Part shown: piece by piece, positions 13,307 to 27,134 of the stretch | Numbering within the stretch: the stretch's first letter is position 1 | Layout of the letters: each line of letters begins with the position of its first letter | Assembly: GCA_907165135.1 (NCBI GenBank) | Contig: OU015568.1 | Location: forward strand, 11,594,001-11,658,000 | Reading direction: 5' to 3' | DNA length: 64,000 nucleotides | Source of the DNA: Oikopleura dioica | Taxonomy: Eukaryota; Animalia; Chordata | The notes under the pieces: model-generated | What the model saw: the letters and a program-made list of their open reading frames with translations, nothing else | The model's database searches: none | What the model was told of the DNA's origin: nothing | Position numbers and translations under genes: made by a program

Positions 13307-14147
13307 GTTTACATAAATAGAAAAAATGGGATGAGAAATCCGTGACTTCACCGTGTTTTAGCATGCTGCTGATGAATTACGAGGAAAAAAAAAGAAACAC
13401 TCGGATTAAAAGTGAGGTAAAAATAAGTGGCATCCGAGTGGAGTACGAACGGTTTTTGGGAGTAAGCGGGGTTACTGTATATCCATTTTTGTCAACAAAA
13501 ATGAATGCCCAAAAATATTGTTGAATACGAAATTTAGAGGTAAGGAGATAAATTTCCTATTCAACAAGAAATTGGATGGGTAAGTTAGTTAAAAAAGGGA
13601 TAAGATCAATCATAAAATAAATTGAACTTGGAAGAAAGCAACGGATTTTCTGTAATTTTCAGTAATTGATGAAATAGGCTACGTTAGGCTATCATGGTGG
13701 TACTCGAGCAAGAACTCGAGAAATGAGAGCTTGCTCTGTGTTAGGTAAAGTGGTTGGAAGTTTTTTTGTTAAATATAATAATAATTAATTAGTTAACTAG
13801 GAAGGTAAGGACGTTAGAAGCTGGATTTTTCGCGGGCTTTTTTCTCCTTCTCACGAATCTTCTCTTTCAAGGTTCGCTTTTCAGTTGTTATATACATGCA
13901 TGTCAGTAGCAGTTAGTTTTTTGCTTATCTACATTTGTTATCCGTTCACAAATGTTCTTGAGGTGTTTTAGTAATTGTTCTAAATTTCTCTAGAAAGTAT
14001 AGTCGGCCTCCGACTTGACGCCCGGAATCAGCTAGCCCATATTAGAAGCTTCCGCATATCTCAAAAGCCAAGCGCCGCCTAAGGCCACACTCATGAATAC
14101 GTGCTGATTAAGGCCGCTGGACTAATAACTAGTTAGCTACTGTAGAG

Positions 14148-17100
14148 TTAGAATTTGTAGTTTGGCATATGAACAATGACTGTTGTTTTATAAATGTGTT
14201 TAGGGGTTGAGTTCACTATATAACCAGCCTTGATAACGGAGTCTTGGTGGCCAGTAGACAGGTCGATATGTTCAGTGTGGGTAATGCCGTCCGCAGAGAT
14301 CTTCGAACGGGACTGAATTGAATATGATGAAAATGATTCTAGAGAGCTAGAAGGGCTTACTTTGGATCTACTCCTCGAGCGGGTCTTTAGCACTTCAGTT
14401 TTGACAATTTCCTTTTGCACCTTTCCATTTTGATCGACAAACTGCCTCTCGGTCACATTTTCCTCGATATACTTTTCCGGCAAGTCAGAGTCCTCAGAGT
14501 TGTCGGAAATTCTAGCGTCTCCGCCATCGTCAGCTTTCTTTTTGAGAGTCTCTTTCTCTGCCTTTTTCTGTTGCTTGAGTTTCTTCTTGAGCTCTTTTTG
14601 ACGCTCTCGCATCTCTCGCTGGAGCTCATTGAAATCTCGGTAACCCTTAATTTTCGTGTCACTCTGGGCGGCTTTGGGAGGATCAGGTGTTGTTTTCCCC
14701 TCGCTTTTCGTGGTTGATTTTCGCGGTTTAGCGGACGAGGAGGAAGTGGAGGACTTTTTCTTTTCTTCTGTTTTCTTTTTGGATTCTGGGACAGCTGTTT
14801 TTGCAGTTTTCGGGACTATTTCCTTTGACTTCTCTGGCTCGGACTTCGGCGGTTTGGAGATCTTTTCTGGCTCCACTCTTGGTATTTTGTTGTTGTTGTT
14901 ATCGACTGATGCTTCCTCAACTAGAAAACAAATATTAGATAAAAGATAATGGGATGTTTTTACCTTTGGCAGGTTTTTTCTTCTTTTTCTTCCTCTTGAT
15001 AGTTCCCGCAATAGCCGACTCGTTCAGAATCGCCGATTTCGATTTTACCGTCATTTCCGCTGCTTCACGTGGTAAATTATCGTCGCTACTGTCATCTGGA
15101 ATGGCTCTGGCACGGGCGTCCTTGACTCTCTTCTTTCTCGTAGCAGTTTTGGTCGGAATCGATTCTACAGATTGATGTTGGATGTCAGGTTCGGAGCCAA
15201 GCTTCATGTCGCTAATGATTGTCGCTAAAAATAGCGAGCTTTATATTTTTAGAATTTTGGAAGCATTACCACATCTAAGCTAGTATATTGCCATAACAAA
15301 TCAAATTTGTTACGGCAGAGGGGTACTTAGGAATATAAACCGCGTGTTTTGAATATTGAATATTGTAAATCAGATTAATTTTAAACATCTTCGGAAAAAC
15401 TCGTTTTGAAAACATCGTTATTTACCTTGAGCGGCGCTTTTCGATCGTAAATCATTGTCACGTCCAGCGAGTAAATTGAGATGAGGTTGAGAAGACGAAA
15501 GACCTTGCGGAGTTGGACTTGACCTTGGCAGATTTCTACATGCAATAAATAGAAAACGCAAGGAATGAATTATTGCTTACTCATATAGATGTTTTCGCTT
15601 TTCATAATCATCGTTGAGTTTTTGCTCGTCAGATTGTTCATCTGGCGCTTCAGGCTGCTGATTCATATGTTGCTGGACCCATTCTTCTGTTCTCGGCTTC
15701 GGACTTGGCTGCCTCTTTGCTCCGCGGCTTTTGATGCCGCTCAACAGTCCCCCACCAAAGGAGGCTGATTTCATCGACGAGTCAGAGTGCGCCGAAGAGT
15801 TGCCTTTTTCTAACAAGTCTTTTTTCTCGCGCTCCCGATCGGCTTTCTGGAGCTCAGCTTCTTGCGTGGCGTAGCGCTCATTCAGCGCCTGAATTATTCA
15901 AAATTTCAGTTGGGGAGTTTCAACGCGTCTTTTAAATAATTAATTTGCTTTCAGAGGTTCTTGTTTGGTTCTTGATTCGGCTGAGTTACCTGAACATGAG
16001 GACTCGTGACTTTGGCTGTGATGACGACTGGCTTTTTCCCTTCGGTAGTTCCTTCTGGCTTGCTTAAAAGTTTGTCAGCGATTTCGTTTGATATTTGCGT
16101 TGTTCCTGGTGGAAGTTCTGGGTCTGCGGGATCGATAGGCTAAAATCGGCATGAGATAAAAGAATGAAAGACTGAGGTCTACCTTGAGACGATTATCAAC
16201 ATCGCGATAATTAACATCGACTCTTTTCGAAATAGGCTTTTGCGTGCCGTTTTCAAGCACTTTACTGGCAGAGGATGATTTGATTGCTGATGAGCTGGAA
16301 GTGGATTTTTTCTTAGGTTTGATCTCTTTTGGCTTGATGCCCGTCAAGGCACGGATTTGCTATGAAAAGATTTCATTCAAAAATATATATTTTCGACAAA
16401 ATATATTCGATAAAAAAAGTTACAAACAACATACTAACATAGTATGGAAGCAAATCTAGATTTTAAGAGATGTATCGCCTAACGGTTATTCCAGTAATCA
16501 CCTGTAGTTGCGCTGGATTGAGGGTGTTCGAAGGCACGGAGGATTTTTCACTCGATGAAATGCTTATTGTCGACTGATTATTTTGATTGAAGTTGTTTAG
16601 CGCTTCTAAGTTTGTCGTCAGCGTCGGGCTCACAACTGGCTCACGCGGCTTTGGCCTATGAATGGGGCTTTTCCAAGCGCTTTCAGTGACAGTGTGCGAT
16701 CTCGTGACAGTCACTTCTGACTGTGGCTTAGGCTCGAGTATGGAGGACTTTTCAGCTGCTGGCTTGGCGAATGAACTCGTGAAGTTACTCGATTCAAAAT
16801 CAATTGTGAGGCCTTTCGTTCCTGAAAAGTTGCAAATTCGAGAAGAAGGAACGTGATTCGTCTAACCTTCGACGACCTCTTTTAAAAACGAAATGGAATC
16901 GTTACGCTTGACCTCTGGAATCGGAGATGGAGGCTCAGACTTGACGTAGTTGAGTTTTTCTGCTTGGTCATCTTAAAAGAATAATTTGAGAAGCTACTAA
17001 TCAAATTAGACTTTGAAACCTTCCAAAGAGGAAAACGCGCTGAGTTTTGACGAATCTTCTTCAATCGGCGGTTTTGGCGTTACCAATTCATCCGCATATT

Positions 17101-17272
17101 TCCGCAACTTATTGAGCAATACTCGTTCTTGAATCAGCTGCGGCCGCATGAAAATATCTCTCCTGTCGTGTTCTTTGAAGCCTTTCCTAGAGTCCAGATC
17201 AGTCTCTAATCCCAACTGTCTACTTGACCTTGGCGGCCTTGGCGTGCCAGGAGGTTTTAAAAATTTAAACAT
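14148..17272 (-). CDS. Large low-complexity Lys/Ser/Glu-rich hypothetical protein (possibly two genes)
   Basis: Series of minus-strand ORFs (17006-17281, 16463-16714, 16075-16347, 15577-15816, 14935-15207, 14148-15011) separated by short introns; no recognisable globular domain. Confidence 0.5.
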
Positions 17273-17459
17273 GGTTATCAAAATATATTTTCAGCTCCAA
17301 TTTATCTCGAAAACGAAGGGATTAAGCTTGGCTTTGATGGAGAAAGGCGCGAATTTGTCAGAATGAATTGAATAATAGGATTAATTAAAGGCCGCAGGGG
17401 TCAAAACCGAAGTCGGCCAATTTTGGTTGAAGGAGATTTTAATTCCCACGAAATAGAAT

Positions 17460-19050
17460 CTAGCTGTTATTTTCTTCTTTTGAACTCATTCCTGCTGGTA
17501 CTGGCTCAACTGGAGGTAGTCTCTGTCGGCCCTCATTGAGAAGCCATTTTGCAAGAAGCATCCTTTTTAGTTCTTCCTTATCAAACTCGAATTTTTCCAG
17601 CACCTTTTCTTCGATCTTCGTGACTTCGTCCGGAACGAGTCGGCCGTTGTTTCTCATTGATCCTTCTGAGACGAGATTTTCAAAAGTCCAAACAAGCGAG
17701 TCAAGAAGTTCTTGGCAGTGAATATAGGCCGAGGCCGCTGCTGGCCGGGGAAGACGCACCAGTGATTTCAACAATGGGCGGAGCTTGAGAGGATCTCTCG
17801 AGAGCGGGTCCATCGAGCGAAGGAACCAGATATCCACGTGGTTTACATAAACTGGCTTTCGCTGGATCATCCCCTTCAGTTCTTTCACGGCGTCTTGGAA
17901 GAGCGACTGCACTGCGTTGAATCCGAGGTCGATCGAAGGACTCAAAGTACCCAAGGCTACTCCCATCGCGCCAAAGGCCTCAGAAATGTTTCCTTTTTCG
18001 TGCTCTTTGTTCAATTTGTGATTGATCAATCTTTTGAGTTCCTTGACCAGAAGAGGGCGGAGGGAACGTACTTCGACTTCCACGTCCGACTTTGATTTTT
18101 GATAAGAAGCATCGCCCGTGCCATTCATAACTACGTCCTTGGAGATGGCTTTGACTAGTTCAAATCCAGCTTCTATAGCGCGTTGCTTATCCGTGAACTT
18201 TTCAAATTTTAGTTTTTGACTCTCCCTCGCTAAAATTCCCAATTCGCCGAGTAATCGTTCGGCTACGACGTGATAGACAACGTCGATTTCATTTCCCGCC
18301 GCCACAAGATCTGGATCGCGCCACTGATGGAGCTTGCGCGTGCGTTCTACTGCTGCACCCAATGCGTGCTTTTGAATATCGTCTACTGCTTTCAACTCTG
18401 AAGTTCGCCGGATAAAATCACCTAGAATGAGGTTCCACACTTCCTTTTCCGCGGGTGTTTCTACGCCGATAAAGAGCGGTTCCATGATAGGATGCGACAA
18501 GCAGATCGTATAATCTGCTGGTGACGGTTTTTCTTTTATTTTCTCGGAAATTTCTTTCGGCGTATCTGTTTGCAACAAATACGCCGTCCGCTTGGTCCAC
18601 AGTTGCCGCCATTGCTCCGCAGCGTGGAGAATGCAGTAGCCGGACGGGCGCAAACTGTACTTGGGCTTGGCGGCGCTAGAATAATGCTCCTTCGTTTCGT
18701 AAGCTTCGAAGGAATAGTCCGGCCTGGCGACACAATAGAGTTTCTTCCATTTCTTGCCGAGCGTTGGCGCTTTTATCCAACACCACGATTCGTGAAGCGC
18801 TCGATTAAAAGACTTCCAGGTGCGTCGTTTTAGTTTCCAAGCTATGTCTGGTTCCTAGAAGGATTTAATGACACGCGTTGAATTCAACACTGACCTTAGT
18901 GGCTTCCTTTTCTTCGAGTACGGAGAGAAAGAGGGCTTGGGCCAGAGCAAGTCTGTATTCATTCGTGAGCGCTTTTACTTCTTGAGCTGCTGCCTGGCGC
19001 AAGAGTTCTTCAGTCGACGCAGAGACGAGCGACGACGCCACATCACCCAT
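17460..19050 (-). CDS. NIBAN: Niban/FAM129 family PH-domain protein
   Basis: N-terminus MGDVASSL; KKWKKLYCVARPDYSFEAYETKEHY...SGYCIL, TICLSHPIMEPLFI..ETPAEKEVWNLILGDFIR and GNEIDVVYHVV align by eye with FAM129B motifs. Intron ~18857-18892. Confidence 0.8.
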
Positions 19051-19099
19051 CCCATTGACGATCGAAAGATTACGACGACCTGATGATCTAAAAACTAGA

Positions 19100-19806
19100 A
19101 ATCATAAAACAGTGAATTATCAGGAAAAATGGTGTCAAATTTTGGATTCCACTGAAATGGGAATGAGGATAATTGGTTCTGCTGTTCACATTCAGACCTT
19201 GCTGGTGATCAACCTTGGAGAACTGACCCAAAATCAGAAGCCAAAGAAGCGTTCACTAAATTCTGTAAGCTACAGAATATGACTCAAAATTGACCATTAA
19301 AAAGAATACGCGTGAGGAGACCAAGTATGAGACTCTTAAAAGAGTAGAAATTTACTGAAAGTAAAAGCTCATTTTTAATTGTTGCTGCCAACAACTTAAT
19401 GTCGTAATAAAGAAAATTCTTGACTTGAATTCGACTAATTGGTAACTTGAACTATCATGATTTTTTTTTATTAATGGTATTTAAGTCGAAATCACGATAT
19501 GCAAATTTTCTCTAATTTTTCAATTTTGTGGTTTTCTTGAGTGACTGGCAAAAATGTGGAGTGGACTTTGATTGGCCGTTTGGGCGCACTCCACTGAGCG
19601 TCGCGTGGGATAAATTCCGCAGTTTTTTGCTGCTCAAAATAGCCAGTTAGCTCCTCAGAGGTCTTATGGCTTCCAGTTAGGCATGGGATCGAATGCGCCG
19701 CGGTTTGTAAGAGAAATCCCTGTTTAGAGAGATATTTTCTTCCAAATTTCAGAAAAAATTCGGATGTTTTATGGTCTTTCATTTTCGCGAGAAAAATTGC
19801 AAACAA
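19100..19806 (-). CDS. Possible small hypothetical gene
   Basis: 104-aa ORF at 19492-19806 plus a downstream exon-like segment; no recognisable family. Confidence 0.3.
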
Positions 19807-20094
19807 ACACGTGATTTCACATTCCTACAGTGGTTTTTGAAAATGAACCTCTTTAGCAGCTAAAGTTTAGCTAAAACAAAATTTCTCTAGAACGTCGATA
19901 ACCAGATCGATATCTAGAAACTTTTGGCCCAAAAATGGCCGCCAACTTTCAAATTTTCTACGGTTCTTCTCGAGAATCCATTTTCCATTCCAAAATCTCA
20001 TCATTTCGATTTTCATTTTAGAGAAACATTTAACTTCATTTATCGATCCTATTTACCGTAAAATTTCCGCAAAGTTCACCCCAGGCTTCAAGCC

Positions 20095-23000
20095 ATGGAC
20101 CTCAACACCCTAGACAATCACCATCCTGGTACTCTTGAAGTACTCCAGGAGCTCAATTTGAGCAACAACCCGCTAGCTGGCTATGCACCCGAGTTCGAAG
20201 AGGAAGACGAAGAAAATGAGAACCAAGTTGTTTATGAAAGCAAGGTCTGCATTCCATCCGGTATTCTTTTATTAATCTACTTAGGTGGACACCAGTCAAA
20301 ACACCCAAAATGCAGAGGATATGTTCATGCTCCAGAAAACTGAAGACTCAGAAGGCAATTCCGCTCCTTCCGCTTCAGATGAGCTTTCAGTTGAGAATTC
20401 TACCGGAAGCGACTCCCAGAGCATCCAATACGACCAGAAACCAATCCTATCCCTAGAACCTCAGCAAGCTTCAGTTCCTTCTGTTCCCTCAGTTGCATCC
20501 TCTATCCCATCAGCGAACGGGAATTTCGTCGTTTACGACGATGAAAACAACGTCTTTGATGTCAAAACACATACAGAGCAAATCGATGATGTCCAGAGTT
20601 ACGAACTTGCTCCAGTTGATGATAGGAAAGCGTCAAAAATATTCATATAAAAATTTATCTTCAGATGACCTTAGCTTCTTGTTTTTGACGTCAAAAAAAG
20701 ACAAGTGATTTCTATTCCCGATAATATGGAAATTCAAAAGACAGCAGAGGAACTCAATGACAGTAAATTCCATGTCTTTCAGCTCCAGGATGTCATCGAA
20801 AACGTCCACCGCACCGAAAACTTCAGAGAACAAATGATCGGCTCTCTGAAGCTTAATATGGCGAGCCAACAGAGAATAAAAGATGTCATCAAGAGACTTG
20901 GCATTCGACTATCGGCGGTCAAAGAGCGTCACATGGTCGTCTTTGGGATGATTAACGGTGTTTCGGACAGAAATCGGGGGAGGAAGAGCATGAATTTGCC
21001 GATGTTCAGCAATGGCTACTTTTGTCAGTCGGATACCGGTTGGCGCGTCCCACCGGGCGTAAGCGATAACGACTTGGAGAAACAGAAGATATGTGAGCCC
21101 TTCGAGTCGGTCAACCAAGATCCTCCAAGAAAATGGTCGCCGGAAGAAGACAGAGCCTTGAAGAAGGGTGTTATCGAGGCAGCTTCAAGACCCGTCCTGA
21201 GAACAGTAAGGCAGTCAATGAAAAAGGCTCAGAAAGAATCGATGGACTCGAAGCTCAAAAAACTCAACACAGATCTCCACAAGCTCAGCAAACAATCCGA
21301 AAGAGATCTGATCGGTGGAAGACATCAGGAATACGATTGGGAAGTCACTTCGATTACCCATCTAAAGAGTCTGAGAACTCCTGACGAGTGTCGATTAAGA
21401 TGGTCAAACGCGGCACATTTAGATATCAAGCGATCGCACTGGTCAAGCGATGAGAAAAAGAACCTGCGAAAGTGGGTTAAGAAATTCGGCGAAACTGGAT
21501 GTTGGAGGAAAATCTCCGAAAAGATGGTCAGCAGAACTGCCATTCAGTGTTGCGTCCAGTGGACTAAAATGCAGCAGGACGAAGAAAAGGGAAGACCGTG
21601 GACGAAAGAAGAAGATAGAATTCTGCTCAAAGCAGTTGAAGAAAGTCAACTTCATGAAGACGGTCATTTGGGAGTTAGCTGGAACACGGTAGCTGCTCAA
21701 ATCAACGGAAGAACACCGCAGGTATAATTACACTGACGATAACTAAACTAACAATATTTCTAGCAATGTACACACCGCTGGAAGAAGTCTGTCGATCCAA
21801 AGATCAAGCGAGGCGGCTGGGACATTAGGGAGGACGTGAAACTCCTCCGCGCTGTTCAAGAAATGGGAGAAGAGTGGGCGCGGATCCGAGACTCAAAAGT
21901 GCTCGAAGATGCGGATGGGAGCTTCAGAACTGACATGCAGATGCGTGATCGTTATCACAACGCTCTGAGCCATGGGCATATTCGAGGACCTTGGACGCAA
22001 GAGGAAGATAAACTTCTTGAAGAAGGCCATAAAATTTATGGAAATCAGGTATTTCGAGATGTTGTTTCTCTTTTTTATTCATTTTTAGTGGACGATGGTT
22101 GCTTTGCATGTACAAACGCGTAACGATGGTCAGTGCCTGAAACGATGGCATCTAAGAGAAGATCATATTGCGAGGAAAAAGCCCATCCCGTACATAAAAT
22201 CGACAAAAGCATGTAAAGTTGAGAAGATTCGCACGCTCAAGAAAGCGATCGCACTGGAAGCTCACGAAAAAGCCTGCCACAAGCAAGTCGCTCGTGATCC
22301 AAATCTTGTCATCTTGAACAGGGACATTTATCATAAAGATCCTGCTAGTAAGTTATCACACTTTTTCTCTCGTAATTATTATTTTTAGCACTTGTGGAGC
22401 AGAACAAAGATGCGATGTTCAACATGTATCCAGACCTTTATGGAAGAGAAAAGAACCCTCTACCTGCGCTTCTGGCACCTGAGAATACTGACAATTCGTG
22501 CACAGCGCTGGTACCCAAGAAGCTGGATGACAAGGGCTACCAGCCAGATACATTCAAACGCTTCCAGGATGTCATCTCTCGAATGCGTAACAAGGGCAAA
22601 GCGGCAGAAAACGGGCTTTTCTTCAAACACATCATCGGAAATCTCAAATTCAAGAACTGGAAAGGACAGCATTTTGGGAAACTTTTACGAACTGCTGACA
22701 AATGCAAGGACCCAAACGTCTGGATTCCCCCCTCTGCTGTACCGATGAAACTCACTGAGATGCTCTTTGATTCGGTGGAGAGAAAGAAGATTGAAACAAG
22801 AGCGCAATTTTTAAGTAACCGACCTAGTGTCGAGAGAAGGAAAGGATAACAGAAATTTCAAGATTGTTTTAAAGTAAAAAACTTTTATTATCCACTGAAG
22901 ACGACGAAATCAACTAAAGGCAATTCTAAAAATGACACTTTCGGCCTCTGTTGCCTTGCGAACAGCGGCTCCAGAAGTAACGATGATGGAAGGTGATCCT

Positions 23001-23324
23001 GAAACACTAGAGGCCGAGCTAAACTCAGCCATGCAGAGCGGTGGCAACGAATATGCTGAGCCTCGAATGGCTTCTGAACAACCCGACCCCACATACGAGA
23101 ATTATTCCAACTTTTCCGGAAACTTACCCATTCCAATGAATCACTATACACCGCTTGCTTGTTTGCCAGGGCCGAGTTCCAGACCTGATTTCGAGGCTGA
23201 ACCTCTCTCGAATGAAACTCTCCGCGTTGGAGGTCGATATGTACTCCTCGATGAAAGAGATCAAGAACGCACTGCTGTTGAGCTGGATCAAATGTTCGAC
23301 GCCGTGATGGTAGATGCCCCTTAG
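20095..23324 (+). CDS. SNAPC4: snRNA-activating protein complex subunit 4 (SNAP190), Myb repeats
   Basis: PMFSNGYF...PP motif; WSPEEDRALKKGV; YDWEVTSITHLKSLRTPDECRLRW; four further Myb repeats (WSSDE, WTKEED, WDIRED, WTQEED) in the same order as SNAP190. The last exon (22932-23324) is tentatively assigned. Confidence 0.85.
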
Positions 23325-23608
23325 AATGTAGGCCGATAACTATGGCTACTGTATTATAAAAACTCCTGACTGAAAAGAACTTCGAGTGCGAAGGGGCTGT
23401 AAAATAAATTAATAAAAAACAAATCACAAAACTTGAGTTTGAATTTTCTCGAATTCGGTTATTATCTTTGATATATTTTCGCAAAAATAGACATAAAATG
23501 CGCAGGATTTCTCCCCTAGTTTGTCAGAATAATGCAGGTCACAGAAAGGTCAACGAATGAATCTTATCCCATGTGAGAGCCCGCTTTTGATTTTTCGCAC
23601 AGAGAGCC

Positions 23609-26600
23609 ATGTTGGCGAAGGCAGGAACTTTATCCTTTTTGGCCTCGGTCAGCGCAGTAAACGTCGATGTATCTTCTTGCGTTGGATATACTGTCGAAGT
23701 AGATAATAACTACCGTTTCATTCATGAAGACGACTCATCAGTCACTATCCAGATTTTGAATGTGTTCAGCACTGATCCTCAGGTGAATTTCATCCACGTT
23801 AATTTTATATTTATTGACTAAGGACCCATCTTATCTCGGAGCAGATGGTGTTCTTCGCCTCACATTTCCATCCCTTCCAGCTATCGATTCTTATTCCTTT
23901 GGATACCCTATTGATAGCGTCACAGAGGACGGAAACTCTCTCAATTTCGAGCTAGCGGATGCTGCCGTAGGAAGCTTCATCCTCGCGTCTAGCTTTACTG
24001 CAAACTACGTTCTTCCTCGACCCCAGGAGCAACTAGTTCCATCAACAATGGAATACTGCCAGAGTACCGTGGAACCAACAGATCCACCACTGACCATCGA
24101 TTCTTGTATTCAGGAGAAAATGGACGCAAAATGTGCCCAAACAAATAAAGCTGCTTGTCCCAACTTTGAATACGCTAGGTTTAATATCGAGACCGGAAAA
24201 TATCGATGCTATGAAAGTGTTTCGAACGATTTCATCGTCAGCTCTTGCTTCGACTCTGAGAATAACCGAGTTGATTGCGCTTCTTATGGACCGGACACTC
24301 CATTTTGCAACCTTCCTAATCTCGCTGATATTCGAACAGAGGGTTGTGATGCTCCCCCAGAAGAGTGCTGTGTTGACCACACCGATGATATCACCATCTC
24401 CAACACTTGGGCATCCCAGTCTTGCAATAATCAGTGTATGACTTTGACCAGTACAAACACAGATTCATCTGCTGGAAAGAAAATCACTGTTCAGTTTGAT
24501 GATCTGGTCGAATTTCCATCCGTTCTTCCTTATCCAATCGACTTCGTTTCAAATCTAGGTGGTAACAAGTTTGAGATCAACTTCCTCGCCGACCAAGACA
24601 ATCCGATGTCATTCAACATCAATTTGGATGGACTTGCTTCTCAAGTAATTGAAGTCTTCGTTTGCGGTGAATGCGTTGAGACAACAACATCAACAACTGT
24701 TGCGTCGACAACAACGACTACTGAAGCTGGTCAGACAACTACTACAGGTGCGCCAAGTCCAGTTGGATGCTTCCCAGTTCCTGGGTTCAGTTACACGCAG
24801 GTCGAAAAGTGGCTCGAGGGAGAACAGTTCAAAATCTCAGCTGAGTTTGATGATGATGTTCATGCCAACTCTGGAATTCGAGATGAGAGCTACTTGAAAG
24901 TGACTTTTGACAATATTCCCGACGGAACAGATCTTCAAGCATACTGGCCATTCGAAACTGGTACCATCAGTGGAAATTCCATCGACTTTTCTGTGGTCGA
25001 TTATGTTTCAGGAACAAATGTCGCCAACCTTGAGTTTCAGCTTCGATTTTCCAGCCAAATTTCTGAATCTTTGACTCTGAACTCATTGGAAATTTGCCAC
25101 GAGAGCAGTCCAACTGAAGGGCCACCGATTACATCTCCCCTTACTGATAGTTCTTTCTGTGAGGATGCAACGCTTTCTATGAAACAAGCGTGGACTGCTC
25201 GCGGTTTCATGGATCTCTATCTTAATCACAATGTCCAAGAGACCTATGTCACTGGTGATTACATTGAAGTTGGTTTTGATGGACCTATTGGAGTCCAACA
25301 GGTCTACTATCCATGGTCTCAAGACCAGTTTGAGGATATGGGAAACAATATCTATCGATTTTTCATTGTTAACGGAGTAACCAACTGGACGGGATCAAAA
25401 GTCGATCATGTTTTCGGACAATTTAGTTTTGTTGGATCGGCAGAGCATTACCCTGACGTTCTCTGGACGCAGATCTGCGACAAAAATGGAGTTGATGGTA
25501 GCACAACGACAACTGTTGAACCCACGGGCCCACCCACTGGATGCCAAGAAGTAACAGTTACGCTCGAATCATCCTGGAGATCTTCTACTGGCGAATTCAA
25601 TATCGAGCCTTTTGTCGCTGATCCACCTATCACAAAAGATGGCTATCTTGATATTCAGTTCTCTGGCCCACTAACATTCACTTCGGTTTATGATCCCTTC
25701 AATGCAAATAATATGGAGGATCTCGGAAACAACAAATATCGCTTCTTCATGGATAGTAACGAATGGTTCCAAGGATGGTCAGGCGCCTTTGCAGGCATGG
25801 ATCCCATGGGCCAAGCGACTTTCTCAGGCGCGGCTGGTAATTTCCCTACTGCTGTCAGCGCTTCTATCTGTACTGGTACTGATCCAACAACTACTACACC
25901 TACTACAACAACCACAACTCCGACGACAACAACTACTACCACTACTACCACAACCACCTCAACTACTACTAAAACAACAACTACGACTCCAACAACCACG
26001 ACAACGACTCCAACAACCACGACAACCACGCCAACAACTACGACGACCACACCAACAACGACTTCAACGACAGATGAATCAACAACGCCATCTCCAGATC
26101 TTGTCTGCCAAGACGTTCTTGTTGCCGCCCAAAACTTCTGGACAGATGCAGGCATCGGCCAGGCGCAGTTTTACATCCAGTCTCGGGTTTTGGAACATGC
26201 TATTCCTAGTGATGGCTATCTTGAAATTGAGTTCAGCAAGGCAGTAACCGTTGAGGATTTGTCTCATCCTTTCGAAGAATCCGATCCAGCTGGACTTTAC
26301 AGCTACCTATCCGACTCCAAAATCAGAGCTCACTTCGACTCTACTGATTTCCCCGGCTGGACTGGTGAAGTTCCAGATACTTACTTTGGACTGATGAGCT
26401 TCGCTGGTGAAGCAACCCCAGAAAATCTTCCCTCCGTTCTTTCCGCAAAACTTTGTTTTGGTGATGATTCTTCTACTTCAACAACTGTTGGCTCAACGAC
26501 TACGAATGAACCACCAACGAATCCCCCAGGAATGACAGATGCTTCTCTCTGCGATTCCCTCGAGGTCTGGGTAGATTCATCTTGGGTCCAACGTGGATGG

Positions 26601-26915
26601 ATGAACATTCGCATGTCTAGCGATGCTCTCACAAGAAACTACGAACCGAACGACTATATCGAGATCCTTTTCTCTAAAGGCGTAACATTTGAGAGGGTAT
26701 GGAATCCACTGAAGGAAAGCCTCAATAAAGTTGAAGATCTTGGGGACTTCGCTCATCGATTGTTTTTCTGGTGGCAATTTCATGGATACACTGCACCTTC
26801 CTTTGAACCGGTATCTATTGCTCAACTGAGCTACACAGGTAACGCAGCGAATTACCCGGAAATTATTGCTGCTCAAATCTGCCCTAAATCCGCACTCCCT
26901 CCAGGTATTTTATAA
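23609..26915 (+). CDS. Large secreted modular protein (~1088 aa) with repeated Cys-bounded ~110-aa domains and Thr/Pro-rich linkers; candidate extracellular matrix or house protein
   Basis: Signal peptide MLAKAGTLSFLASVSA; single 40-nt intron at 23783-23822; four clear repeats (25158-25478, 25542-25871, 26106-26456, 26550-26882) and three more divergent N-terminal ones. Confidence 0.85.
25885..26085 (+). repeat. Coding ACN-rich repeat, poly-Thr/PTTTTTT mucin-type linker
   Basis: Direct translation gives PTTTTPTTTTTTPTTTT.... Confidence 0.9.
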
Positions 26916-27134
26916 CAAAATATTTTTATATTTTCGAAATTTTCGGTCAAAGAATTGCACAATGTTCATGTTCAAATTTAATGAGTAGTCAGAATTTTCT
27001 GAAAAAGACATCAAGTTCAGTAAATATGCGTTTACTCAAGGTAAGTAAATAAACACTCGCGGGCCTTAAAGTGTTCTGCTTGATCTTCGGCACTACAGAA
27101 TAAACTCGAGACTCGGGATTGATTCTACAGAAGA

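Noticed and set aside
11940-13314. Alternative reading as a TA TSD (Tc1/mariner) or a 10-bp TSD (MULE)
   Set aside because: Symmetric TAGGG..CCCTA ends flanked by an exact 8-bp GTTTACAT duplication explain all the bases most simply; the other readings leave the extra duplication unexplained or make the ends asymmetric.
11927-13345. ORFs 11927-12145 and 13151-13345
   Set aside because: They fall on the two TIRs of the MITE and are not coding.
25688-26155. Poly-Val minus-strand ORF
   Set aside because: It is the antisense shadow of the poly-Thr linker.
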